Shown here in pieces: positions 38,731 to 51,970 of a DNA stretch of 64,000 nt. Position numbers and translations under genes: made by a program. The DNA comes from Geosiphon pyriformis uo1 (Eukaryota > Fungi > Glomeromycota), in contig JAAOMT010000603.1 in the NCBI GenBank assembly GCA_016748015.1, positions 288,373 through 352,372 of the forward strand. Direction: 5' to 3'. The notes under the pieces were generated by a model. That model was given only the letters and a program-made list of their open reading frames with translations, had not been told where the DNA came from and did no database searches. Position 1 is the stretch's first letter. The number at the start of each line of letters is the position of its first letter.

Positions 38731-40839
38731 AAGGTAATAGTAAAATAAGGATTTCACAAATCCTAAGTAATTTTCTCTTGTTTTCTCTTGGTCTGCCACT
38801 TTCCTGCATGGTTGTTGCTGGTACTGATTCTCTGTTAGATTATACCTCACAGGAAGCACCAAATATTACAGGTGATTATTTGGGGTCTCAAATCAAATAA
38901 CAAACTCATAACTTGGTGTTTAATTAATATAATTGGTATTGGTATTTCTGAAAGTGTTGTTTTATTTGAAGATTTGGTAAATCTGAAGATTTTGTTGTGG
39001 AGTTTTTTGTATAATAGACAGAGATTTAATTGTTGTCTTCCTTGTAGCCTCCCGGAATTGCAATTTTATCAAATTTTTTTCTTAGTGTGGTGGCCAGTAA
39101 TCTTGGCAGAGATGCTCTTCTGGTAAGCTATCTTTAAATTTTCAATTCTGATACCCTTTTTTTGAGGTCTTTTACCAGACTATTCTTGATGTCAATAACT
39201 TAGCACTTAACTTTTTAATCAATTTAGTGAATAACAAAAGAAAATAAAATAAAATAAAAAAAATAAAAAAAAATAAAAAAAAATAAAAAAATAAAAAAAT
39301 AAAAAAAATAAAATAAGAAATAAGTATCCTGTCAATAACTGTGATTAAGAGCTATTGTGCCAGCAGATTAAGTAGTGGATAATAACATTAATATGAGAGT
39401 AATTTCACTTCAAATTATAGTATTCTATCTTTTAAAGGAAAGATATTTAATAATTATGATCTGTGAGTCTAATTGACTTTGAGAGTCCTACTGACTCTCA
39501 GTCTTCTTAATTTTGAGCCTAATTGACTAATTTTCTAACTTCTGATACTATTGCTATATATACATAATTTGAGTTTTATGAGATTGCTCACATTCTCGAG
39601 CAATGTTCTATAATTTCTCAAGCAATGCTCACATTGCTGAGCAATATGCCATGATTTCTGACATTGTTTCACATTGCTGAGCAATATGCCTGTAATTTTT
39701 GACAATATGTTCATTGCTGAACAATGTGCTGTAATTCTTTGACAATGCTTCACATTATTGAACAATGTGCTCACATGCTAAATACTATTTTTTTATTGGT
39801 CTATTTTCTCTATCTGTTTTTTTCTACTATTTTCTTGTATTCTTTTTCTATGAGTAACACCACAGACACAAAAACCACTGGAGGAAGAATAACAGATGTG
39901 ACCACTGGGAACACCAATTCCATAGAACCCAATTTTTTGTATTTGAATATTAAATATGTTTTTTGTAAAAAATTAAAATCATTTAAAAAACTATTTTGCT
40001 TACTTATTTTGATTTTTGAAAAAAAATTTTTAGTATTTTTTTGGTTTTTTTTAATATTATAGTCTTTGCTTAATTATGTTAAAAATAATTGGTTTTATGT
40101 AAAAATTTTGTTTTTTAAAGATAATATAAAAAAACTATAAAAATTTTAAAAATACAAAGTTTATACATGTTAAATTTATTGATTTTATTTTAAAGTGTTA
40201 TTATTATTTATAAAAAAATTTGTTTAATTATTATATATTAAATATAAAAAAACAAGATTTATAAATAACAATATTAATTTATATTATAAAATAAAATATA
40301 TTGCTAAATATCTATTTAAAGATATTATTTATTTATTAAATATTGATAAATATGGTTTATTTGCTTTTAATTATTGTAAAAAATATCTGTTTTTTTAAAT
40401 ATTAATAATAATATATTTGTTATTATAAATATATAGTATAATTTTAATTGGTCTAAATAATTAATAATATGTAAATAATATATTAATTATATTTATTTTA
40501 GAATATTTATTGTTGTATTGTAATAAATAATAGTTGAATTTTATGTATTAATAATAAAAATAATAATTTAAATTTTATTTAATATTATTTATTTAAAATT
40601 TTTTTAATAACTTGTAATAATTACTTAGATATTATTAAAAATAATAATTTTTTAAAAAAAAAACAAGTTTTTATTTAACTATTACAATTTTTGAAATCAA
40701 ATAATTTATTAAATTAATTAATTAAAGTTATATATTAAAAGATTCTGTCTTTCACCACAATACTCTTTATTTACATTTTTAATTAAAATTTAATATATTA
40801 AGTAATTTAACTATATATTAAAATTAGCTTTGACAAATA

Positions 40840-40879
<40 letters not shown>

Positions 40880-41219
40880 ATTATTATTTAAATAAAAAAT
40901 AAATATTATTTATAATTAAATTTAAATTAAGCACTATAATTAGTATAGTTATAATAAAATTAATATAAATATTAAAAAAAACTAAGTAATAAAAAAAATA
41001 AATTTTAAAATAAAATTAATGTTTTAAAAAAAATTAAAATAAATAACTTTTTTTAATATTTTAAAAAAGTTAATAGCTTTAAATTAAAAAATTATTAATT
41101 TGCTTTTTTGGTTTTTTTATTATTTAAATAGATATAAAAAAATTAACATAAAAAATATATTTTTTTTTTATTAAGTTTATCAAGTATGATCTAACTACTA
41201 CTTAGTACTTTAAAACAAA

Positions 41220-43405
41220 TTAAATATAATTTACATACTTTTTACATATAACCAGTTATTCGAACCAGTTTAGGCTATACTACATTGTTACAACAGAAGA
41301 AAACTTACTTAAAGCCAACATTTTTTAAATTACATTAAATAATCTAATACTATAAAAAATTAATTTAACCAGTTATTTAGCTGTTTTTAAAGAATCAGTT
41401 TTAATACTATTGGGCTCATGTGTCTAAAGGAACATCAAATTAGAAAATGTATCATTATTAATGCCAATTGAAAAATTTAAATTATTAAACATATTAATAT
41501 CATCTATATAGTACTTTTTTTTCAACAAAACTACTTTTTTTTCCAACTTACCAATAATTTTGTTAAAAAAAACCCAGATAAATCATAAGTTCACTAATCT
41601 TAAAACTAAAAACACTGCTTAAAACTAAATTACCATTAATAAACTATTTAAATATAATAATCAAGAAACCAACAGACTTAACAATTAATCCAACCAATTC
41701 AAAAAGTTTGATCAAATTAGATTCCAAAAAAAACAACCAAAACAGCACCAAAAAATTACCAATAATAGCTAAAAAAATGGCAGAAGTTATTAAAAGTGGA
41801 AATTTAAAAGAGTTCAAAAGAGCAGAAGCTTTGGTATAAGACTTAGAATCTATAAAACATAATGTAAATACTTTAAAAGTTTTGAAAGGGAAAGATAAAG
41901 ACACCTTATAATCCACAACTAGTTAGTTTACTTTTTGACACCTAAAACAATATTAATAATCAAGAGTTTTTTACCAAATATAATATTTTTTAGCATATCA
42001 GTTTTGTTTATAACAGTATATAAATTTACTTAAAATCCAAATATAATTAAAGCAAATTAAAAACAATAACCAGAATTAAAAAAGCAAGAAATAAAACATA
42101 TCTGATTATTAACTTAAAAAATCATATTATTAATTTCAAAGACAATATAGCCAGAAAAAAATTTGATTAATTTGGCCTTAAATTTATCATAAAATATAAT
42201 AGTCTTATTTTGATTTACTAAAAAGAAGATCTTAATATTATTTTTACTTACCAAAACTGATTAATAATTCAAGATAAATATAACAAAGTCTAGTTTCTTA
42301 AAATAAACAACCACATATTTCCAAACATTAGTAGGCTTTAATATTATATAAACAACTTTATTAATACATTAAGAGCTGTCTTAATGTCAACAACAGACAC
42401 ACTCAAAAGCATATTATGTAGCAAAACAATAGCAGAAAAAAAACCAGACTCAAAAATTATTACAGACTTGGCAATTTTAAGAGTGGCTAAATAAACAAAG
42501 CTTGTAAGCTCAACTAAAAAAGCAGTTTTCAAAGACTCTTAAGAAGCAAACTCCATACAAAAGAGCTTTATATTGTTTTTTAATATTGATTTTATATCCA
42601 AAAAACTATGCACAGACTGGAAAACAGTTTTAACATAAGTCAATTTGATCTTGAAAGTAGTATCAGATACCAGAATAGAGACTATTTACCCAGCAAATTT
42701 TTGACAACTAAAAATAGTTTTCTAAGTACCACTAATGACAACACCAGAAACTAGCAAAAAAGATAATTCAATTTCTATTTGGTTAATTTAATTCTTAAAA
42801 ACAGTTAACTCCATAAGAAATAATTGTTTTGCTTCTAAAATTAATAATAATTTGTTAAAAGACATCATATTTGACAATATAACTAGTAATTAATTTTGGT
42901 CTATCTTGAATAATATGCTGGATGATACAATAGAAATCTTATCTAAAATTTTATTAGAAACCACAAAAAAATTTGGTGTAACAATAATAGAAATAAGCAA
43001 CTGTTCTCACTTTTTTAATCTTTGGTTTTTTAATCATATTTTTTAAAGAGATAGTGTTAATAACACCAAATATAAAAGCTAAAAAGAAAAAAACCAGCTT
43101 GTTGACTGGTTTGTTATTAAAAACTTTTAGGCTTTTAGTTAAAGTAGAGACAATATTGAAACTAATATATGTGTGTCTTTTTGAAAGAATTTTAATTGAT
43201 AAAAAACTAGTTAAAAATAAAAAAAATGTTTTAGTAGTTATTAAAAACAGCTTTTTACAATTACTAGATAAGAGAAAAACTTCTAAAACGTTTTGTTTAG
43301 TTGCTTCTATTACAAAAAAAACTTCTCTGGATGAAATTTTGTAAAATACCAAAGAAAAAGTATTAGTTATAGCTTTTTTACTCTTTGTTTTAATTATAAT
43401 CATAA
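41220..43405 (-). pseudogene. Heavily mutated ORF1 of a second LINE copy or family
   Basis: Reads KTKSKKA...IEATKQNVLEVF...SKRHT...FNNKPVNKLVF. The residue bias (F, K, N, I) is what C->T/G->A decay of a Pro/Ser/Gly-rich ORF1 would give. The family call rests on recall of Glomeromycotina LINE ORF1s. Confidence 0.7.
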
Positions 43406-43419
43406 AATTAAGAAAACAA

Positions 43420-45902
43420 AGAATTTTAAAAAATATTATTATATTAATTTATGATTTATAATTTGATATTATAATTGCTTAATATTATTTGAAGATTTTG
43501 GTTTTAAGTTTTTTTTATAAAAAACAAAAAATCAATAATTAAATAATTTTTAATATTTAATATTTAACTTTTTTAATATAATAATTAATTTATTCTGGTG
43601 TTTTGTATTTTTTCAATAAATATTTAATTTTTAATAAGTTAATTTTATATTTATGTTTTGTGTTTTTTATTAAACAACTTTTAATATTATAATCTTAATT
43701 TTTTTTAATTAATTAATTCAACAAAAAAATAACAACAAAAAAAATAAAAAAAGATAGTATTTTATTAATAATTATATTTAAAAGCTATTAGTCTATATAT
43801 TAGAGTTTGTAAATTTATGTTTTTAATATTTGTTGTTTTTTTAAAAATAATATAAACTAAATAAGTAATTTAACAAAAATAAATATAAAGTTTTTTTTTG
43901 ATTTAAATAATAAATATATTTAATATTTAAGTTGTAAATTCAGTTTTATATTATTAAATAAATAAATTTTAAATTATAAGTTTTTATTATTATTATTATA
44001 TAAAATATATTTTTTAATAAAATAATTAATATTAAAATACTTTTTTTTATTAAAAAAACTTATTATTAAATTTTATATTTTATTTATTTTTAAAACTTAA
44101 AATTAATAAATAAATAATTTTAATTTTAAATTTCAAATATTAAAATCCAAATTTAAACTTTAATTTAGATTTAAATTTAATTATTTAAAAATAACAACTT
44201 ATAAAACTATAAAAATATACAATATTTTTTTATTATGTTTTAATAAAATGTAATTTAATTATTATTCAATATAATATAATATTAAAATATTTTAAATTAA
44301 ATATAGCTTACATATTTTTTGTATATAATTAATTATTTAAATTAATTAAAACCAAACTATATTAAATTTACAAAAAAAACTTATTCAAATTAGTTATTTT
44401 ATATATAATAATAATTAAATTATTATTATTAAAAACTAAATTTGTTAGAAATTTAAAGCTTTTAAAAAATTATTTTTTTATTAAAAATATAACAATATTA
44501 TATATATTATTATCAAAAAATCATTTATAATATTTTTTTTAATTATAAAATTTTTTTTATTAATTTTTAAAAAATATAATATTTATTAACTTTATAATTA
44601 AAATAATTAAAAAACCAATAGATTTAATAATAAATTTAATTAACAATACCAATTTTATTAATTTAAATTTCAAAAAAACCAATTTAGAATTTATAGTAAA
44701 ATAATAATAACAGAAAAAAAAAATCAAAAAATTACAGTTTTTATATAAAATTTTATATCAATAAAACAATTTTTAAAAAATAAATAAAATATTTTATATT
44801 TAAAAACCAAATAATCTAAATATTAATATTTAAAATAATATTAACAACCAAAAATTTTTACTAAATAATATTTTTTTAAGATATTAATTTTAAAATATTA
44901 TTATTTAGATTAATTTAAAAACCAAAAGTAATAATAATATATTTTAATCATTAAATATAATTAAAAAAACAATAAATAAAATAAATATAATATAAATCTA
45001 AAAAATTAACTTATTAATTTTAAAGACAATATAATCAGATAAAAAATTTATTAATTTAATTTTAATATATATTTTTTAAAATAATAATTTTTTTTTAATT
45101 TTAAGAAAAATTTTTAATACTGTTTTTTAATAAAAACTAATTAACAAGTCAATATAATATTTAAAAATACATAAGACTTAAAATATATTATATTATATTA
45201 TATTATATTATTATTAATTAATAAGTTTTAATTTAATACCAAAAATTTTATTAAAATATTATAAAAAATAATAATAACAAAAACAAAACTAAAACCAAAT
45301 ATTATAAAAAATTTTATAATTTTAAATAAGTTTAATTTATATAATAATATTTAAAAAAGTTTGAAATACAAATTTTTTACATCAAAAAATTATATAAAGA
45401 TTAAAATAAAGTTTCAAAATAAATTAATTTAATTTTTACAGTTTTATTAAACATTAAAATAAAAATGATTTATATAAAAAACTTTTAATAATTTGTAATA
45501 ATTTTTTAAATATTATTAAAAACAGTATTTTCAAAAATCAGAAAAAAAGTTTTATAAAAATTGATTAAAAAATCCAAATTTTTTTAAAATAAAAAAAACA
45601 AATTTACTTTTATAAAATTATATTAAAAAATTGGCTAAGTTAATAAGTTAAGTAAAAAAATTTATAAATAAAACAAAAATATTTTAATAAAAAGTTTTTA
45701 ATTATACAAAAAATAAGTATTGTAAAAAAAATCCAATTTTTTTTGGTTAATAATATAATATTCAAATAAATTTGACTGTTTTAATAATTTTTAACAATAA
45801 ATTTTTTTAACAAATTTTTTTGTATTTTTTGTAATTATTTTTGTATTTATTTAATTATAAATTTTTATTTTATTGTAAAAATTTAATTTTTGATTAATAA
45901 TT

Positions 45903-45945
<43 letters not shown>

Positions 45946-46530
45946 TTTGTTTAAGAATTTTTCAAGTTTAAAACAATAAAAATTTAATTATATTTATAAA
46001 AATACAAATTAAATTATTAATAACAATGAAAATTATAAATAATTTGGCTAAATAATAATTAAATTAATAATAAATATAATAAAAATTAAAAAAATTATGT
46101 TAATTTTAATTCAAATTTTAATTAATAAATTAATTACAAATTTTATTAATAATTAAGATATTGAAATTTTTTATAATATAAAAAAATATGTTAAATATTA
46201 TATTATGTTATAAAATACTTTAATAAATTTAGCAAATACATAAATTAAAACAAGATAGTTTTAGTTTAATATTTTAATAAATATTTAAAATTAGTTAAAA
46301 TTAAAGCAAAATTATTAATATCATATAAAATATAAAATATAAATGTAAATTTTTTAATAAAAAAATTTGAAAATTAATGTCAAATATTATATAATACTGA
46401 CCAAGAATTTTGTTTTTAAAAAATAATACAAAAGTTATTTAAGATTTTTAAAAATTAAAAGTTGGTTATTTTCAAAATTGTAAAATTAATAAGAAAATTT
46501 TAATTATTTTTTATAATTGTGTATGATTTT
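43420..46530. other. Extremely AT-rich tract containing a LINE ORF1 fossil (~44400-45700)
   Basis: 45012-45060 (tattaattttaaagacaatataatcagataaaaaattt) matches 42128-42175 (tattaatttcaaagacaatatagccagaaaaaaattt). Confidence 0.75.
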
Positions 46531-48000
46531 TTTGTTTTATACTTAAGGCTAATTGTAAAAGAGATGATTTTTATGAAATTAAGACATTTTGGCATAAATC
46601 GTTTTAGATATTTGTTTTTTATATATAGAAAACACATGAATTAAGTTTATTTTAATGCATATATATGTCTTATAAAAGTAAAGTTAATTAGATTGTTTTT
46701 TAAAATATTTTTTAATAATTGATCCAAAATTGAAACAAATTATAATTATTTCTAACATGTGAAAAATATTTTATTGGTCAATAATTTTGATTGGTTATCA
46801 TGTAAAATAAATAAATTATTAGTTAATAACTTAATTGGTTATTATATGAATAATATTCTATCGATTATTATACGAATTAATGGTTTACATTTTCTAAATT
46901 AGAAATGGTTGACTTGTAATTTGTAGTTTTGAAAAAAGATTATCCAAAGATAAAAGTAAATTTATAAGAAAGATTATACAAAAAATTTTGCATAAGCTGT
47001 TGTTTGGCCATTTTTTTCTTGCTTTAATGTTCACTAGAAAGTAAAATGAAATTTGGCCTATTTAAATACGTTTCTGTTTTTGAACATTCCTCAAAATTGG
47101 TGTACTAATTGCTAAGTTTTTCATGTATTCAAGTGATTTTAAATATTTGTCAATTGTGTAATATAAAATGTTTATTTCTTCTGTATCTATTTTCTTGTGA
47201 CAACTATCAACACCTTTTTTTTTAACATTTTATTGTACAGTTAATAGTAGATAGCTTAGCTTGGTAAGTTTATTTAATTTGATACCAAATGTTCACTCTC
47301 ATTTCCAAAAGTAAATTAACTATAGTTTGCTATGTTCTTTAACTGATAGGTTCATTTCTATTTTAAATTATATACAAAGCTGCATTCTTTATCATAGAAA
47401 AAAAAACAATTTGTGTTTATTTATAGTTCATTTAATGATATCAATACGGAATAGTTATGTTTTTTATGAATCGACTTGCTTTATTTTTATATTTCAACGA
47501 GTGCCATATTATTTATTTTTTAACTATATTTGATTTAAGTTATATGAATTGTTTATTATTTGATCCTAAGTAAGATTTAGTTAATTAATAATTGTTATTT
47601 TATCAATTTCTCCACCCACAGAAAGTTCGAATATTTTTATCCTTTAGTAAATTGAGCGTGGAGTAGATCTAAATGTTTATATTAATAGCTATATTTACAA
47701 TTTTTAGCTGGGTGGTTGATTCAATCTACTTGATTTAGGCTAATTTTCATAAAATCTAATCCGGGTCTTGATAACTTCAAAAGGCAATATCAAAGAATTA
47801 ATATTTTTAGATTTAATAGCAATCCTTAAAGTAATTTTTTCTTTTAAAAAATAGTTAGCATGATATAAATGTAATCTTAACTATATTTGATTTTAAGTTT
47901 TCCGATGATAGAATATTTAAGAATAAAATTAAGGGTAAAACTAAAAAACTAATCTATTCAAAAAAATTATTCTGCAAAGAAAAATAACTTTTTTCAAACA

Positions 48001-51000
48001 ATGAAGCAGTTTTTATTCGTCGTTTATTTTAATCATTACCTCTTGATTATTTCAATATTTTTATCTTCTTTTATTTTAGTTATTAAGAGTTCATCAATTA
48101 ATGAAACAGTATACCTAATTGATTCAAAGGAGCTGGAGTCAGTTAAAAAAATATCCTATTTCCAGCCAGATGGAACGACCATAATAAGATGTTCTCGTTA
48201 TTACTACGATTATTACGCATACTTTAAGCTTACACCTAACGGCCAATTGTTTCGAAACGAAGAAAAAGATTATGGAGACCAAGATTAATATAACTAAAAT
48301 TTATCCTCTTAACTCTAATTATCTTTTGGTAGAATATGGAAATCAAGGCAAAATATTCTTATGGAACGGAACATTAGTTCAAAGGTTTCTATTAAATAAC
48401 TCTTTGAAATAAAATCTGCTTAATTTTAAAAATAAAAAATAATATTGATAATGCATAACGCTTTACCTAGTGATATAGAATTAGATAAAGGGAACAAGTC
48501 AATAAAAAGTAATATTCAAAAGGACAAATTTCTTATTTTGAAAAAAAAAGATAATATAACAGAAATCGAGTGGACTATTTATAATATTCCGTAAGTTAGT
48601 AAATTTAATAAATTTGAAAATATTCAATATATAAATCCCAATAATTTTCAACATTCAATTTATATCTAGGACTGAATCCAATCAAAATATCAAACCAATT
48701 TTTATTACTAAAAAGCTTGAATTAAAAGGAAATTTAACATCGTATCCACCCCCTTTTGCCACAACTGAAGGAGGCTTTGGATATGCATATATTGTTAATA
48801 ATTCTCCTATTATTGGTTCTCCCAGTATAAACATAACAAGCTATTCAGTATATGTCACATTTTGGGAGCCAGAAACAACTGATTTTAGTCCTCATTTTCT
48901 ACTCGATCAATATGACGCAAATGATTTGTCGATCGAACTATGTGATGTTCAAATAGATGATTTGGGTTATTATTGTATACTGATGATAACTACAATGGAA
49001 TCTGTACATGGAGAAATCCGTGGATTTAGGATATCATTTCTTAAAAGTGGAGCAGTGTTAAAATATGACACGATTTATAAATCTGGGCCAGATGGGGAAT
49101 TTTCATGGGAAAATCCACTGCCTTATGGGGGAAAAATTACTGAAACCAAGAAATCGTTTAATCCTTACCAATTTACTTTAAGTGACCAATTTACTTTAAG
49201 TGACCAATTTGGAAAACAGAAGGATTCATGGAACGCTTCCTCCAATGGTTCCGCCTATGTTGGGTGGGCTATCTTACCAAACAATACTTTCTTAAGTGCT
49301 AAATTAGGAGAGAACAATATTACAATATATTCCAAGAATTTACCACATTTTTTAAAAAACGGTAAGATTGAATGGTGATATTTTTATAGTTTCATAATTT
49401 TTATTAATTTTTTTATTTGAATAGACACTGGATATGAAAATCCTTTGATCGAAATTACTTACCCTCTTCGTAATACGATAATTCCGTTGGGGTTGGGCGA
49501 CATAAGTATCACTTATTCTAATGAAATCTCATTATCCAACAACAATATTTCTATTTATCAAATCAATGAGACTATACCAATTCTACGACAAACTATCTCT
49601 GGAAAGAATTGTCGTGTGGGTTCGGATAAGAAAACTATCATAGCAGAAACAGTATTAGAAAGTACATTTAATCAACCGGATAAAGATTATTTTATAGTCG
49701 TCCATAATAATTTTGTAAAAGATGCAAAGTATAAGGAAGCCATTAGAGGAATCCGTAGATATATTTGGCAATTAAAAACAAGTAAATGTTACATTTTTTA
49801 TTTTTTTGCTTTCTAGGAGATTCATTTTAAATTTTAATTATTCATTCATTCATTCATTCATTCGTTCATTCGTTCGTTCGTTCGTTCGTTCGTTCGTTCG
49901 TTGGTTCGTTGGTTCATTCGCTCGTTTGTTTAGAACGACGAGAAAGTATTCATGCAGGTAAGAAGGTTTATTGCTTATTTTCTTTTAAAAATATTGAATA
50001 TTGTTGTCTAACTAAAATACATAATGTTTATTAATTTAAGCTACCCTGACTGGACTTTTGCGTCTGAATACAAATGGAACCTCGAATTTCACCGAAAGTA
50101 GAAACAGCAGTGGATTTTTCGAGACACTTGAAGATCAATTGGCTTTAACCATTCCAGTTGAAAGACATCGTNNNNNNNNNNNNNNNNNNNNNNNNNNNNN
50201 NNNNNNNNNNNNNNNNNNNNNNNNNNNNNNNNNNNNNNNNNNNNNNNNNNNNNNNNNNNNNNNNNNNNNNNNNNNNNNNNNNNNNNNNNNNNNNNNNNNN
50301 NNNNNNNNNNNNNNNNNNNNNNNNNNNNNNNNNNNNNNNNNNNNNNNNNNNNNNNNNNNNNNNNNNNNNNNNNNNNNNNNNNNNNNNNNNNNNNNNNNNN
50401 NNNNNNNNNNNNNNNNNNNNNNNNNNNNNNNNNNNNNNNNNNNNNNNNNNNNNNNNNNNNNNNNNNNNNNNNNNNNNNNNNNNNNNNNNNNNNNNNNNNN
50501 NNNNNNNNNNNNNNNNNNNNNNNNNNNNNNNNNNNNNNNNNNNNNNNNNNNNNNNNNNNNNNNNNNNNNNNNNNNNNNNNNNNNNNNNNNNNNNNNNNNN
50601 NNNNNNNNNNNNNNNNNNNNNNNNNNNNNNNNNNNNNNNNNNNNNNNNNNNNNNNNNNNNNNNNNNNNNNNNNNNNNNNNNNNNNNNNNNNNNNNNNNNN
50701 NNNNNNNNNNNNNNNNNNNNNNNNNNNNNNNNNNNNNNNNNNNNNNNNNNNNNNNNNNNNNNNNNNNNNNNNNNNNNNNNNNNNNNNNNNNNNNNNNNNN
50801 NNNNNNNNNNNNNNNNNNNNNNNNNNNNNNNNNNNNNNNNNNNNNNNNNNNNNNNNNNNNNNNNNNNNNNNNNNNNNNNNNNNNNNNNNNNNGCTCTAAA
50901 TCTCCTCTATTCGAAATATGCCAACTTTGATATTTTTAATGCCCCAATATCTAACAGAGTTGATAATTTAATCTTCTGGGGTAGTGGTGTTAATATTTTC

Positions 51001-51284
51001 ATTGAAGATGTTCCACAATTTATAATTCAGGTATTTTTAACTAAATGAAAATTTTCAATGCTTGATTAAATTAAATATCTTATATAATTATTTTCAAATA
51101 GGTTTTTTATCATCGAAACGCCTTCGCATACAATATTATTCCACTAATAAGTCTTACTATGAGTTCAATAATTTTGAGCATGAATTTAATTTGTCGAATT
51201 TATGGTGTCTTTATTTGGTTACGTGTTCAAAAAAAATGGTTACCGGTTAAACCCCAGGAGATGTATGAATTAAATTTTGTATAA
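48001..51284 (+). CDS. Large Glomeromycotina-type membrane protein (signal/TM, Ig-like domain, C-terminal multi-TM); contains an assembly gap and an apparent frameshift
   Basis: ITYP...ISITYS...ISIYQ...LRQT...VLESTFNQP..YFIVVHNNFVKD, GLLRLN.NGT and EDVPQFIIQV. The frame breaks near 48250-48290. N gap at 50172-50892. Confidence 0.75.
49840..49930. repeat. Compound intronic microsatellite (TTCA)n-(TTCG)n-(TTGG)
   Basis: Seen directly. Confidence 0.9.
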
Positions 51285-51822
51285 ATAGAATTCTAACCTT
51301 AAATTTAAATATTATTTTTATTAACTTGTAATTTTTCATGCTTTCTAGATATTTATTTTTATTAAAATTGAATAGATGAATTAATTCAATGCAAAGATTA
51401 AGATAAAAAAAAAAGTTACTGATCAATGAATATAATAATTTTACAATATTATTTTATTAATTTATCTCAATTTTTAATAATATTGTTACTTTGCAAAAAA
51501 AAATTTTCAATAAATTTATAAAAGTTTTTTATTATTTATTCAAAAAATATTATCATTAATTAATTATTTGTATTCTAATTTTTGAACAATTTTCATATTT
51601 AAATTTTACAAATCTATATCTGAATAATTACATATTAAGTTAATAAATTTATATAACCAAATTTGTATAAATTATTTTAAAATTAAAATACTAATTTATT
51701 ATTTTTAAATATAAGTTTTAAATAACAAAAAAATTTACAAAAAATTTAACAAACTATTTTTTAACCAAAAAAAAATTACAAATTTATTTTTATTTTTATT
51801 TTTGTTGTTTTATATTTACTGT

Positions 51823-51970
51823 AAAATACTTTTTTATAATACTTTTTTATAAATACTTTTTTATAAATACTCTTTTTTATATAATATATTCTTTTTTATA
51901 AATACTCTTTTATAAATACTTTTTTATAAATGCTTTTTTATAAATACTCTTTTATAAATACTTTTTTATA
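51823..51970. repeat. ~15-bp AT-rich minisatellite (aaatactcttttttat)
   Basis: About nine degenerate units. Confidence 0.75.

Larger units (their letters stand above)
35954..39859 (-). mobile_element. Non-autonomous, internally deleted LTR element inserted in LINE ORF1
   Basis: LTRs at 35954-36912 and 38864-39859, TSD CCAC on both sides, PBS TGGTGCTTCCTGTGAGGT (38844-38861) and PPT AAAGGAGGAAA. No RT or IN inside. Confidence 0.93.
21146..39935 (-). mobile_element. Degenerate non-LTR retrotransposon (LINE) with APE, RT, RNase H and Cys motif, split by two LTR insertions
   Basis: Segments 21146-21879, 31614-35953 and 39860-~39935. APE: WKVATCNVR, VTETKL, TDH. RT: QNMRKTYN, AFVDNT. RNase H: VYMDGSL, WHKIKGHSGISGNECAN. 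C-terminal CLYCG..EVSDH. ORF2 stop at 21286; poly(A) tail appears as a plus-strand T run at ~21146-21159. Confidence 0.93.

Noticed and set aside
35962-39126. Duplicated 84-aa plus-strand ORFs (35962-36216 and 38872-39126)
   Set aside because: Antisense frames within the two LTR copies, with no protein signature.
50058-51048. 290-296 aa ORFs in the ORF track
   Set aside because: Artefacts of the N gap at 50172-50892.
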